Assembly (NCBI GenBank): GCA_018970165.1
Contig: JAGWWZ010000002.1
Span: forward strand, 7,085-71,084
Direction: 5' to 3'
DNA: 64,000 bases
Origin: Planctomycetota bacterium
Lineage (GTDB): Bacteria; Planctomycetota; Planctomycetia; Pirellulales; Pirellulaceae
Positions 54,807-64,000 of the stretch are shown here, in pieces; the stretch's first letter is position 1; the number at the start of each line of letters is the position of its first letter. Made by a program: the position numbers and the translations under genes. The notes under the pieces were generated by a model that had not been told where the DNA came from, did not search any database, and was given only the letters and a program-made list of their open reading frames with translations.

Positions 54807-54850
54807 ATAGTAACCAGGGTGTGTGAAGGAAGCGTTAATGTATCATGAAG
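54807..54850 (-). promoter_or_regulatory. candidate phoU-phoB promoter with Pho-box-like phased repeats
   Basis: The minus strand reads CTTCAT-gatac-ATTAAC-gcttc-CTTCAC, then 10 nt, then TACTAT (-10). GGAAG lies 6 nt before the ATG at 54786. Confidence 0.45.
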
Positions 54851-54862
54851 ACGGCATGCGGT

Positions 54863-56350
54863 TCAGCCCTTAAGAAGTTCCTTGACGACTCGCTGCGACT
54901 CCACTCCTGTCAAACGCTGGTCCAAACCCTGAAATGAATAAGCAAATCGTTCATGATCGATCCCCATGCAGTGTAGCAAAGTTGCGTTCAGATCGTTGAT
55001 GTGGACCGGTCGATCGGCAATGTTGTAGCTGAAATCATCGGTGGTCCCGTATTCGATCCCCCCTTGGATTCCCCCTCCGGCGAGCCACATCGTAAAGCAT
55101 TTGGGGTGATGATCCCGGCCGTAGTTCTCGCGTGTCAGTCCACCTTGGCAATAAACGGTCCGACCAAACTCCCCTCCCCAAACAACCAGGGTCTCGTCGA
55201 GCATCCCTCGCAACTTCAAGTCTCGGATCAGTCCGGCGCACGCCTGATCCACATCCCGAGCCTGGGCGGGAAGATCCCCCGCGATGTTGCCATGTTGATC
55301 CCAACCCCGATGAAGGATCTGGACCACCCGCACTCCCCGCTCCACCATCCGACGCGCTAGAATCGCGCTGGATGCAAAGGTGCCCGGCTTCGTCACCTCG
55401 GGACCATACATCTCCAACGTAGCGGTCGACTCGTCCTCGATCCGAACCAAGTCCGGAACACTGGCTTGCATCCGGAATGCCATTTCATATTGGGAGATAC
55501 GGGTCTGTATTTCCGGATCTTGCCATGCTTCCCAACGATGCTGATTCAGTTTCCCCAACGCGTCGAGCATGGTTCGGCGATCCTGCGAGGTTACTCCCTC
55601 GGGATTTTGCAAGTACAAAACAGGATCCTTGCCGCTTCGAAGTGCGACTCCGGTATATCGAGTCGGCAGGAAGCCGCTGCTCCACATGCGTGTGAAGAGA
55701 GCCTGGGCCATGGCGGTTGCGGACCAAGTCGGGGTCAAGACAACGAAGGCGGGAAGATTGTTGCTCTCGCTTCCCAAACCATACGCAAGCCATGATCCCA
55801 AACTGGCCTTGCCCGGTACTTCGCTTCCCGTCATGACAAACGTACACGCTGGATCATGATTGATCGCGTTGGTATGCAGGGTTTTGACAACCGCTAATTC
55901 ATCGACAACTCCAGCGGTGTGAGGGAGCAGTTCGCTGACCCACCGACCGCACTGTCCATGCTGAGCGAATCGAAATTTACTCGGAGCTACCGGCAGTCTA
56001 GCCTGCCCGCTCGTCATGGTGGTGATCCGCTGTCCCATCCGAATAGAGTCAGGCAAGTCTTTATCGAATTGCGATTCCAAGCTGGGCTTGTAATCCCAAA
56101 GGTCGATCTGGGATGGTCCGCCATTCATGTGCAAATAGATGATCGATTTGGCCTTGGGTGCAAAGTGTGGGAGACCTGGCAAGGGAGGATGCACACGAGG
56201 CGTTGTGGTCTTCTCGTCTGCGAAGCCGCGCATGCCGATCGCGCTCCCCGCGAGCGATGCCAATGCGACTTGCCCCATCCGCAGGCCGGTCTCTCCAAAA
56301 AACTGGCGCCTTGATTGCATCTGAAGCGACGCTTGCCAAGGATGACTCAT
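54863..56350 (-). CDS. DUF1501 domain protein, Tat-type signal
   Basis: [26 protein letters not shown] and GWDQHGN. Confidence 0.8.
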   Translation of the reverse strand: MSHPWQASLQMQSRRQFFGETGLRMGQVALASLAGSAIGMRGFADEKTTTPRVHPPLPGLPHFAPKAKSIIYLHMNGGPSQIDLWDYKPSLESQFDKDLPDSIRMGQRITTMTSGQARLPVAPSKFRFAQHGQCGRWVSELLPHTAGVVDELAVVKTLHTNAINHDPACTFVMTGSEVPGKASLGSWLAYGLGSESNNLPAFVVLTPTWSATAMAQALFTRMWSSGFLPTRYTGVALRSGKDPVLYLQNPEGVTSQDRRTMLDALGKLNQHRWEAWQDPEIQTRISQYEMAFRMQASVPDLVRIEDESTATLEMYGPEVTKPGTFASSAILARRMVERGVRVVQILHRGWDQHGNIAGDLPAQARDVDQACAGLIRDLKLRGMLDETLVVWGGEFGRTVYCQGGLTRENYGRDHHPKCFTMWLAGGGIQGGIEYGTTDDFSYNIADRPVHINDLNATLLHCMGIDHERFAYSFQGLDQRLTGVESQRVVKELLKG

Positions 56351-56383
56351 GGAATATGCTCCGGTGCTGAGCTCGATGCTGAG

Positions 56384-59300
56384 CTAGTTTCGTGTGATGG
56401 TTTCGTCGAGGTTGAGAATCAGATTGCACACCAGTACCCATGGTGCGACCTCATGGGGATTCAAGTTGGGATCCGGCCACCGTTCGCCGGCTCGGGCGAT
56501 GCGAAGCGAGTCTTCTGGTGTTGCTTGCAGTCGATCGCGAAATTGCTGGAACGCATGCTGCAGTTCCTCTTGTTCTGTAGGATCGGGGGCTCGGCCCAGT
56601 GCCAATACAAAAGCTCTCGCGACGCGAGCCTGTTCCAGCGACTCCGTCGACGACGGAATTTCACGCACGACTCGCTCTGCGAAGCATCGGGCGGCTTCAA
56701 AATGCTGGATGTCGTTCATCAACTGTAGGGCTTGCAGTGGCGTATTGCTCCGCTCGCGCCGCGTGCAACTCGTTTCCCGATTCGGTGCGTCAAAATTCGA
56801 AAGGAACGGAGGAGGGGCGGTTCTCTTGATGTACGCATAGAGACTGCGACGATAGAGATCCTCGCCATGCTGCTGAATGTAGTAGCGGGTATTGGAGTCT
56901 CCGTATCCGACCGGCTCCCAGATATCTGGTGGCTGATATCCGAGGAAACCTGGTCCCCCGATCTGTCGATTCAGCAAACCGCTGATGGCTAACGCATTGT
57001 CACGTATCTGTTCCGCATCCAGTCGAAGTCGAGGTCCGCGCGCAAGATAGCGATTCTCTGGATCGAGTTGGGGGCTTGTGCCAATGAACTTGGAATCCCT
57101 TCGAAACGCTTCACTCATCGCGAGCTCGCGCATCAGTTGTTTCACATTCCAGCCCGAAGAGCGGAAACGATCTGCCAGATAATCCAAAAGCTCGGGATGC
57201 GTGGGGGGCATTCCTTGTGTACCAAAATCATCGGATGACTTCACGATGCCCGTGCCGAACATCTGTTGCCAAAAACGATTGACGATCACTCGAGCGACGA
57301 GTGGGTTATCGTTGGACACCAACCACTGAGCTAAATCCAAACGGTTTTTCAGATGCGAATCGCTATCGATACGAGCAGGCAAGAAGGATGGGGTCGCAGG
57401 TCGGACCGCCTCCCCCTTCGCATCGTATTGCCCGCGCGTCATCACGTGTGCCTGGCGAGGTTCCGGGCGGTCCTTGAAAATCATCGTTCCGGGGATCCGA
57501 TCCTCGAGCATCTGGCGCGCGATCCGGGCGGTTTGCCAACGCTCTCGCGCCTCGCGAATCTCCGCAGGGATTTCCGATGCAACCATCGCGATGAAATATG
57601 CCTTGACCTGATCGGCATGCTGTTTGCCCACATCGCTATCGGGTCCCTGTTTCACCGCATTCGCCACTTGAGATGACGCGTGCGGTGCGGATTGACCCTT
57701 GCGATGATTCCACCAAGAGACGATATCCGTCGTGAGCTTATCCTCCGACCTTTGTATCCCGGATATGGCGAGTCCGTCCCAGTAGCAAATGCCTCCAAAA
57801 AGGCCCAATTTCCATTCCTGCACGATGGCCCCCGCGGGAAGCCCTTCGATCGGGATATTCGCATGAAACCAAACGCCACCTTTCGGGATGGGACCTGCGA
57901 TGCGGTCAGGCTGACCATCCACTTTTCGAGCGTCCTCAGGGGTGTCTGCCCAGATCCAGCGCCTATTTCCTTTATCGGTCTTCACCTCGACAAATAAAGC
58001 AGATGGCATCGCCTGGGCATCGGGATGGATCCATACCTGCAAATGAGCCGCATCCGGAATCGTCATCGGCACAAGCATGCTGTTGATCGTCAACTCGTAT
58101 TTGTGGCCGAACCGAGTCGCAATCGAGCGTCTTCCCATAGGAGGCGAGATCTGTTCCGGAGACCATTCGATGCCGTTGCGAGAGGTATTGCGCTGAACAG
58201 CACCGAGCGGCAACTCGTCATCTAAGGCAATGGATGTGATCGGCTTGGGAGTCACGACTGCGGACTCTGTCGGATTGCGGCTCACCCGCGACCAAGCCTG
58301 AGCCAACTCCATCAACACCCCGAGAGTGGCTGATTCCTCGCCTTGGAGCCGATCCAATTCCTGCAGTTGCTCGGTTGTAGGTAGCTTGAGAAACGGAGCG
58401 GTGGTGTTGATGTTGCCATCCATCGCCGGATCCGCAGCGCTATAGAAGAAGGAGTACATCGAATAGAAGTCGCGGGTAGTCAACGGATCATACTTATGAT
58501 CGTGGCAAACCGCACAACCACCGGTGAGTCCGAGCCAAGTCGAGATCGTCGTACTGGCCCGGTCTACCGCATAGCGATACAAGAACTCTTCATCGATCGC
58601 TCCCCCTTCGGCTGTGGTTACATTGCAGCGATTGAATCCCGTTGCTACCAATTGCGATTGAGTTGGATTGGGGAGCAGATCGCCCGCCAATTGCTCGATC
58701 GTGAATTGATCGAAGGGCATGTTGTCTTGAAAGGCTCGAACCACCCAGTCGCGATACGGCCATATTCTTCGATCGTTGTCCAAATGCAAGCCATGCGTGT
58801 CTCCGTAGCGAGCGACGTCGAGCCAATGTTTCGCCATCTCTTCGCCATAGTGTGGGGATTCGAGCATTCGATCGACCATTCGACTGTACGCCTCATCGGT
58901 GGGGGTGGCAACGAAGGCCTCGACGGTTTCCGGATCCGGAGGGAGTCCGGTTAAAGCGAACGAGACGCGACGAGCGAGCGTGCGAGGATCGGCTCGTTCG
59001 TTCATAACCATTCCTCGCCGTTGCAATTCAAATTGCAAATATCGATCGATGGGACCTGCTGCAACATCGCCCTCGGGTAACTTCGGCGCACCGACTTGTT
59101 CAAAAGACCAGTGCGCTTCGTACGGTGCGCCCTGATCGATCCAACGACCGAGAAGTTCGCGTTCTTGCTCGGTCAACTGCCGAGGAGAGGAAGGGGGAGG
59201 CATCACGATATAGGAGTCGGAAGCGTGGATGCGGTCCCAAACCAAACTTGCGGTGCGATCGCCTGGAGCGATCCCCCGTCCGGTTGAGCGTGACTCCGTG

Positions 59301-59536
59301 GCATTGTCCCGAATATCCAGTCGCAGTTCTGCTTGGCGATGTCCTTCGTCGAGACCGTGGCATCGGAAACAGGCTGCTGCAAGGATGGGACGAATATCGC
59401 GGTTGAAACGGATGGTATCGGATTCGTCGCTGTACGCGGTTTGAGTCGCAAGCAAGGCGAGGGCGATCGATGCCATCGATGGCCAGACGAGAAGATGCGG
59501 CCATTTGGCCTCGAAAGTCGGAGGGGAAGTTCTCAT
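56384..59536 (-). CDS. PSCyt1 (planctomycete cytochrome c) + DUF1549 + DUF1553 (PSD1) domain protein
   Basis: N-terminal FNRDIRPILAAACFRCHG (CxxCH), then IDRYLQFELQRRGM..LTGLPPDPETVEAF (DUF1549), CAVCHDHKYDP, and a DUF1553-like C-terminus. Confidence 0.8.
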   Translation of the reverse strand: MRTSPPTFEAKWPHLLVWPSMASIALALLATQTAYSDESDTIRFNRDIRPILAAACFRCHGLDEGHRQAELRLDIRDNATESRSTGRGIAPGDRTASLVWDRIHASDSYIVMPPPSSPRQLTEQERELLGRWIDQGAPYEAHWSFEQVGAPKLPEGDVAAGPIDRYLQFELQRRGMVMNERADPRTLARRVSFALTGLPPDPETVEAFVATPTDEAYSRMVDRMLESPHYGEEMAKHWLDVARYGDTHGLHLDNDRRIWPYRDWVVRAFQDNMPFDQFTIEQLAGDLLPNPTQSQLVATGFNRCNVTTAEGGAIDEEFLYRYAVDRASTTISTWLGLTGGCAVCHDHKYDPLTTRDFYSMYSFFYSAADPAMDGNINTTAPFLKLPTTEQLQELDRLQGEESATLGVLMELAQAWSRVSRNPTESAVVTPKPITSIALDDELPLGAVQRNTSRNGIEWSPEQISPPMGRRSIATRFGHKYELTINSMLVPMTIPDAAHLQVWIHPDAQAMPSALFVEVKTDKGNRRWIWADTPEDARKVDGQPDRIAGPIPKGGVWFHANIPIEGLPAGAIVQEWKLGLFGGICYWDGLAISGIQRSEDKLTTDIVSWWNHRKGQSAPHASSQVANAVKQGPDSDVGKQHADQVKAYFIAMVASEIPAEIREARERWQTARIARQMLEDRIPGTMIFKDRPEPRQAHVMTRGQYDAKGEAVRPATPSFLPARIDSDSHLKNRLDLAQWLVSNDNPLVARVIVNRFWQQMFGTGIVKSSDDFGTQGMPPTHPELLDYLADRFRSSGWNVKQLMRELAMSEAFRRDSKFIGTSPQLDPENRYLARGPRLRLDAEQIRDNALAISGLLNRQIGGPGFLGYQPPDIWEPVGYGDSNTRYYIQQHGEDLYRRSLYAYIKRTAPPPFLSNFDAPNRETSCTRRERSNTPLQALQLMNDIQHFEAARCFAERVVREIPSSTESLEQARVARAFVLALGRAPDPTEQEELQHAFQQFRDRLQATPEDSLRIARAGERWPDPNLNPHEVAPWVLVCNLILNLDETITRN

Positions 59537-59579
59537 GGTGTCTGAGCGAGAGAGGTGGGAGCGTTGCTGAGGCAGGCCC

Positions 59580-60449
59580 CTATTCTACTCCATCGCCGAC
59601 CGGTTCGCTTCGACGACGCAATTCCGCTCGGCGCAGGGAAGGCTCGGGGGGAACGGCATGGGCGTTCTGAGGTGCTGCAGTAGGTGGAAATGGGGCATGT
59701 TCGCTGGCAGGACCTGCGGGATGATCGTGCAAGTTACCCAGGTATTGCTTTCGAACCTCTGGATGCTGTTTGACTTCTTCGGGCGTTCCTTCTTTCAGAA
59801 CAACACCCTTGCTGATGACATAGCAGCGATCGACGGTGGACAGAATCTCCATCGCGGCGTGGTCGGTGATCAAGATCGAGATACCGGAATCGCGAAGTCG
59901 GAAAATAATCTGTTGGATGCTCTGAACGGTCACTGGGTCGATCCCTGCGTAAGGTTCATCGAGCATGATGATTTTGGGGTTGGATACCAAGCAGCGGGCG
60001 ATCTCAAGCCGTCGGCGTTCTCCTCCGGAGAGCTTTGAAGCGCGCGATTTTCGGATGTGGGTGATGTTGAATTGCTCAAGTAACTCGTCGGTGCGTTTGC
60101 GTCGTTGCGACCATGAGTAGCCGAGCAGTTCGAGGATAGCCGAGATATTCTGCTCGACGGTCAGCTTTCGAAAGACGCTCGAGTCTTGGGCCAGATACCC
60201 CATTCCGCCATCGCGAGCGCGCAAGAACATCGGCCAAAGAGTAACATCCTCGGTACCGAGGAAGACTTGGCCGCGATCGGGGATCACCATCCCGCACGTC
60301 ATCCGGAACGAGGTTGATTTCCCCGCGCCGTTGGGGCCTAGGAGACCAACAATCTCGCCTTGGCCGACGCGCATACTGACGCCGTTGACGACTTTGCGGC
60401 GACCGTAGGTTTTCTCGAGACCGACAACGTTGAGAACATCCATGTTCAT
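59580..60449 (-). CDS. lptB: LPS export ABC transporter ATP-binding protein LptB with about 49-aa C-terminal extension
   Basis: GLLGPNGAGKSTSF (Walker A), LSGGERRRLEIARCL (signature) and IMLDEP (Walker B). Confidence 0.8.
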   Translation of the reverse strand: MNMDVLNVVGLEKTYGRRKVVNGVSMRVGQGEIVGLLGPNGAGKSTSFRMTCGMVIPDRGQVFLGTEDVTLWPMFLRARDGGMGYLAQDSSVFRKLTVEQNISAILELLGYSWSQRRKRTDELLEQFNITHIRKSRASKLSGGERRRLEIARCLVSNPKIIMLDEPYAGIDPVTVQSIQQIIFRLRDSGISILITDHAAMEILSTVDRCYVISKGVVLKEGTPEEVKQHPEVRKQYLGNLHDHPAGPASEHAPFPPTAAPQNAHAVPPEPSLRRAELRRRSEPVGDGVE

Positions 60450-60463
60450 CTCTTTCTATCAAG

Positions 60464-62398
60464 TCAGCGTATCAAGCCCATCCGTTGAACGTTGGGGAGA
60501 AACGGAATGGGTGCGTTCCACCAATGAGGCCAAAACACAAGGACCGCGCGGCCGATCATCAACCGCTCAGGGACGAAGTGCTTATTCCAAGAGCGAGCGT
60601 CTGCAGAGGAACTGGAGTTGTCGCCGAGTGGAAAGTAGGCTCCATCGTCCAACTCAAACGTCACCTTTCGCCTTTGGGTATCAAGCGGTGAGCCGCTCCA
60701 TGCGTCCACATCGCTCATAAGTGCATTACGGTTCCATGCGTCCCGTGAAGTCCGCGACTCGTATTCGCTCGCGGACATGTTGTGATAGGCTTGGACATAT
60801 CGCAAGAGCATATCTGCGTTGGCGGACTCTTTGAGCAGGCCGCTTAAATCGGAGTAATCGTTCAGATCGTCCCTTGTGCTGTGAGCGATGTAATAGATGT
60901 CGCGTGCTACGCGAGCGTGAGTGATGGTACATCCGCCTCCCTGTACTCCGATTCCCAGGGGAGCGGCATCGAGCGGATTGTTGGGTTCGGTTTGAGGAGT
61001 ATGTTGGAAGTTGGGGATAGCCGAATCGATCGAGAATCGTCCTTGGTTCCCCCAGGGAACGGGTGAACCGTCGATCCACAAGGTTAGGGAATCATCGACA
61101 TTTGCAAACTGGATTTGATGTTTGGAACCAGCGCGAATCGAAGTTTCGGCTCGGATCGAGTCGACCCAACTCTCATCGCCGTTCTCAAAAGCGGCGAGTT
61201 GCTTGCCTCGGTAGGTCAAAGTGGCGGTAGCGATTCCTGTTTTCAGATCGATGTCGCACCGATGTTCCACACCCGCTTCCACTGCCAGAAGTCGGAGCAC
61301 TTCCGTGGACGGTTCGGTTACGATCTCCCAATGTCCGCTCAGGTCCGCCGTCCAATGTATACCATCGTTCTCCCAAGTTCTCGAGGGTTCGATGGGCCGT
61401 TGGCGGACTTTGCCGCTGAGCGCCTCATCGAGATCCTTCTGTGCGATCTTTTCATAATTGCTTGGAACCGATTTTGTTTGGCTCTTGAAGTAAACCGCGT
61501 GGTTGTAAGCAGTGAAGTCCGTAATCAATCGATACGAGTCGGGTAGGATAGGACGAGGGAGTTCCTTTTGCTTACGAAGCGAAGCCCATTGGTTTGCGTC
61601 CAAAACCCGATGTCGGTAGCGGATCATTGAAAGACTGCCGCTTGGGACTCCCTGAGCTTTCGCAGACCACTTGTTCTCGTTGTATCCTATTTTCCAAAAA
61701 TTCGAGTCGGAGTCGGAGGCTTGCCATGAATCGGGAACATTGGCTTCGAGCAACGACTTGGACGGATAATGGGTATCCGATAGAGGTTGCAGCATGGCTT
61801 GAATCACATGCGGTGGCTTGCGCGCGATTTCGAAAGATCGACCCGGTCGTTTCTTGCTGACGTACACATCGCCATGTTCAATGCGAATCGTCTCTTTGGA
61901 GGTACCCAAGCAACGCTTGATGTAATTCAAACGAGCATCGTCCGCATACTTGAAGACGAAGACTTGCCATCGCTCGGGTTTGGAAAAAACGTAAGCAAGC
62001 TTGCTGACCAAAATCCGATCACCGGTGAAAGTCCGATGGTTTGCGTTATTGACGAGATCAAGAACCTGCGGCTTGCGGCAAAGTGGGCAGATCGTACCGA
62101 AAACCATCTCTCCCGATTTAGCACCGACGTCATTAAACTCAAAACTGGCACCGCACTGGTACTGGAAGTTGCAATCCTCGCAAACCACATCCTTATGGGC
62201 CCCCATCAGCGTAGGAGCCATCGACCCGGTCGGAATGATAAAAGCCTCGGCGATGAAGGCTTTGAACATCAGGGCTAGAATAAACGCGACGGCCAAGCTT
62301 TCCAACGTTTCGCGGAAAACATCTGGGGCAGACGCGTTGTTTTTCTTCGCGGGTGGGAGCGAGGCTAAGTCTTTAGATGGAATCGTCGTAAGTTTCAT
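60464..62398 (-). CDS. lepB: signal peptidase I (S26), unusually long, with Cys4 insertion and enlarged domain II
   Basis: Box B IPTGSMAPTL, box C GDRILVSK, box D YIKRCLG and box E GDNSSSSADARSW. CEDC..CPLC lies between boxes B and C. About 410 aa lie between boxes D and E. Confidence 0.8.
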   Translation of the reverse strand: MKLTTIPSKDLASLPPAKKNNASAPDVFRETLESLAVAFILALMFKAFIAEAFIIPTGSMAPTLMGAHKDVVCEDCNFQYQCGASFEFNDVGAKSGEMVFGTICPLCRKPQVLDLVNNANHRTFTGDRILVSKLAYVFSKPERWQVFVFKYADDARLNYIKRCLGTSKETIRIEHGDVYVSKKRPGRSFEIARKPPHVIQAMLQPLSDTHYPSKSLLEANVPDSWQASDSDSNFWKIGYNENKWSAKAQGVPSGSLSMIRYRHRVLDANQWASLRKQKELPRPILPDSYRLITDFTAYNHAVYFKSQTKSVPSNYEKIAQKDLDEALSGKVRQRPIEPSRTWENDGIHWTADLSGHWEIVTEPSTEVLRLLAVEAGVEHRCDIDLKTGIATATLTYRGKQLAAFENGDESWVDSIRAETSIRAGSKHQIQFANVDDSLTLWIDGSPVPWGNQGRFSIDSAIPNFQHTPQTEPNNPLDAAPLGIGVQGGGCTITHARVARDIYYIAHSTRDDLNDYSDLSGLLKESANADMLLRYVQAYHNMSASEYESRTSRDAWNRNALMSDVDAWSGSPLDTQRRKVTFELDDGAYFPLGDNSSSSADARSWNKHFVPERLMIGRAVLVFWPHWWNAPIPFLPNVQRMGLIR

Positions 62399-62497
62399 GC
62401 AATGCTGTCGTTCCTGGGCTCAGGTCGCGTTCATGCTCGGAGACCGTTGCGATAGTGAACCAACGATTATACAAGGAAAACCGGTTCCCAGTCGACA

Positions 62498-63373
62498 TCA
62501 TTCGCAAGCCAGCCCGCCCAGTGTTGCGTTATTGATTATGCTAAAGGCGATTACCAGGTAGGCTCGAGACTCATAAAGATGCCACAGCCATGGAGGATGG
62601 GCGCGAGGGTGAGCTTTCCCGGCTTTCACACGGGTATGACCTGCCAGTTCCGCAGCCAAAATCTGAGGGTTGAGGCCCGAGAAGAAATTGCCATTTCGAA
62701 TCAATTCGAACATTTTTTCACCCAGTTGATCGCTGCTCAGATACCGCAATTCCGGTGATGTATCCGTCGCTACGAAATCTGAAATCAAGACCAAAGATCC
62801 TTCTTGACCAGCGAGCTTCCACATCAAATCCATGTGCGAGCGGCGAAACTCGATAGCGATGGAAATCTGTATCGGATCATGGGGCTGACGCAAAAGAACG
62901 GGAGCGATGATTTGGGATAGCAAGCAATTTGAGGCGACCACGTCAAACGGCTCAAAGTCATCCAGGGAGGGGGAGAATTGCGATATAGACCTGAGAACCT
63001 CTTGCCACCTCGGGCTCGAGGTACCCAGCGACTCAAGGACAGGATCTGTGATACCTGTCCAGCCACACAAATCGATCACATTGCATTGGATTTTCTGGCG
63101 TCCAGGATGTTGGTCGGAGATTTGCTGCCGAATACCGAACTCCATCGCGTTCAAATCGAGATCAAACAATGCGATGTGGGAAAACCGTTCTAGCAGTCGA
63201 TCTAAAGAAACATCCATACAATTGCCAGCCCCAAGTACACACAGTCGACCTCCGCTACGACCTGCATCCAAAAGTAGCTGAGTAACGTGTTGCCGATGCG
63301 AAGCAACGCGATCCCACGCATCTCGAGCTTGCAGGTTATTGCTTGCTTGGCATTGAGCAAAGTTTCTAGTCAT
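62498..63373 (-). CDS. hypothetical protein with class I SAM-methyltransferase-like Rossmann pattern
   Basis: LCVLGAGNCMDVSL (motif I-like), LFDLD (acidic end of beta2) and FDVVASNCLLSQI (motif III/IV-like). The start overlaps the upstream thioesterase stop by 8 nt. Confidence 0.4.
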   Translation of the reverse strand: MTRNFAQCQASNNLQARDAWDRVASHRQHVTQLLLDAGRSGGRLCVLGAGNCMDVSLDRLLERFSHIALFDLDLNAMEFGIRQQISDQHPGRQKIQCNVIDLCGWTGITDPVLESLGTSSPRWQEVLRSISQFSPSLDDFEPFDVVASNCLLSQIIAPVLLRQPHDPIQISIAIEFRRSHMDLMWKLAGQEGSLVLISDFVATDTSPELRYLSSDQLGEKMFELIRNGNFFSGLNPQILAAELAGHTRVKAGKAHPRAHPPWLWHLYESRAYLVIAFSIINNATLGGLACE

Positions 63374-63776
63374 CGCGCAAATTCAACTGGAGAAATGATG
63401 GCAATCGCTTCACTTTGCCAGCGTGGTCGATGCAGCCGATCTCGCTAGTCCCCGTCACCAGCAACTGCGAATCCTTGGGTTGGCACCGAACCAACCGATA
63501 GCGATGCTGAATGCGGGCACCATGGCAGTAACCGAGCGCCGTAGTCAGGATCAATTCATCATCGAACACTGCGGGCAGATGAAATTGGATTTCCAGCGAA
63601 CGGACCACGAGCATTAATCCGGAGGCCTCCAAGTCGCGATACGAGAACCCGGATGCCCGCAACATCTCCACCCGTCCTCGCTCAAAGTAGTTCAGGTACT
63701 GAGAGTTATGGACTCGCCCCTGTCCATCGACTTCATGGTAGTGGACACGGATGTGAAGTTCATGGTTTTCCAGCAT
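63366..63776 (-). CDS. YbgC/4HBT family acyl-CoA thioesterase (hotdog fold)
   Basis: HIRVHYHEVDGQGRVHNSQYLNYFERGRVEMLR is the typical 4HBT N-terminal signature. Length 136 aa. Confidence 0.8.
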   Translation of the reverse strand: MLENHELHIRVHYHEVDGQGRVHNSQYLNYFERGRVEMLRASGFSYRDLEASGLMLVVRSLEIQFHLPAVFDDELILTTALGYCHGARIQHRYRLVRCQPKDSQLLVTGTSEIGCIDHAGKVKRLPSFLQLNLRDD

Positions 63777-64000
63777 TTGCTAACCGACCCTCGAATCCTC
63801 TCGATGTTTCTCTTGATGTCCCAATAGCTCAACGGGGGAATATATCCGCTGGAACACGATTTTTTAACGGGATTGACTCGACGGTTGTTCTCTTGATAGA
63901 GATTTCCGTTGGGTGGTAATGAATCGATCGCAAAATCTAGGCAAGATTTACCGATTAACATGATGTTGACGGTCTGATTGCGCCGATACATCCACCAAAC

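Noticed and set aside
63692-64000. A minus-strand reading frame open from the right edge of the window (..VWWMYRRNQTVNIMLIGKSCLDFAIDSLPPNGNLYQENNRRV..) that overlaps the thioesterase start by 85 nt.
   Set aside because: No motif is recognised. The region is comparatively AT-rich and promoter-like, and the overlap with a well-supported gene is large. It cannot be judged without sequence beyond the window.
1-64000. A window-wide check for tRNA/rRNA genes, CRISPR arrays, insertion sequences, integrases, toxin-antitoxin pairs and recognisable defense-system genes.
   Set aside because: No GTTCGAATC-type T-arm in a tRNA-sized context occurs in any gap. There are no spaced direct-repeat arrays. There are no transposase, integrase or recombinase motifs, and no terminal inverted repeats flanking a gene block. 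The region looks like core chromosome rather than an accessory island.

Overview
This is a 64-kb, gene-dense chromosomal segment, about 90% coding. It looks like a Planctomycetota genome of the Pirellulales type. The evidence is a set of hallmark families: a DUF1559/H-X9-DG prepilin-like protein, two PSCyt/DUF1549/DUF1553 + DUF1501 gene pairs, a PVC-type heme-binding CxxCH protein, a DUF11-repeat protein and two large Ser/Thr kinases. GTG/TTG starts are frequent and Shine-Dalgarno sites are weak. I call 49 protein-coding genes. They include housekeeping genes (aroB, pepA, rlmN, HU, trxA, degP-like, lptB, lepB, phoU-phoB, rluA-family, kynureninase). They also include a partial Tad pilus locus (cpaB-cpaC-cpaE) and a glycosylation-rich stretch at 39-50 kb with three DPM1/ArnC-like GT2 enzymes, two GT-C/PMT_2-like membrane transferases, UDP-glucose 6-dehydrogenase and a DUF4432 epimerase-like protein. 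I saw no rRNA, tRNA, CRISPR array, transposase, integrase or phage genes. All functional calls rest on motif and architecture recognition by eye, with no database search, and many start codons are uncertain. Six items deserve a second look. (1) The largest gene-free gap (49786-50274) contains a -24/-12 (sigma-54-type) promoter match, an upstream inverted repeat, a run of perfect hairpins and a strong intrinsic terminator, so it is a candidate structured sRNA. (2) A near-identical -24/-12 motif lies upstream of trxA-degP. (3) A phased CTTCAT/CTTAAC direct-repeat element is shared by the phoU-phoB promoter and the leader of the DUF1559 gene (the phytase-like gene lies next downstream, beyond a terminator), which suggests a Pho-box. 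(4) A minimal Ugd + GT-C + ArnC-like GT2 module suggests polyprenyl-phosphate-uronate dependent envelope glycosylation. (5) A tightly coupled operon encodes a D-amino-acid PLP enzyme, a GT2, PepA and a sensorless histidine kinase. (6) Several proteins have unusual architectures: a 644-aa signal peptidase I with a zinc-ribbon insertion, a degenerate GGDEF protein with an acidic tail, and a Zn-ribbon/RDD Ser/Thr kinase overlapping aroB.
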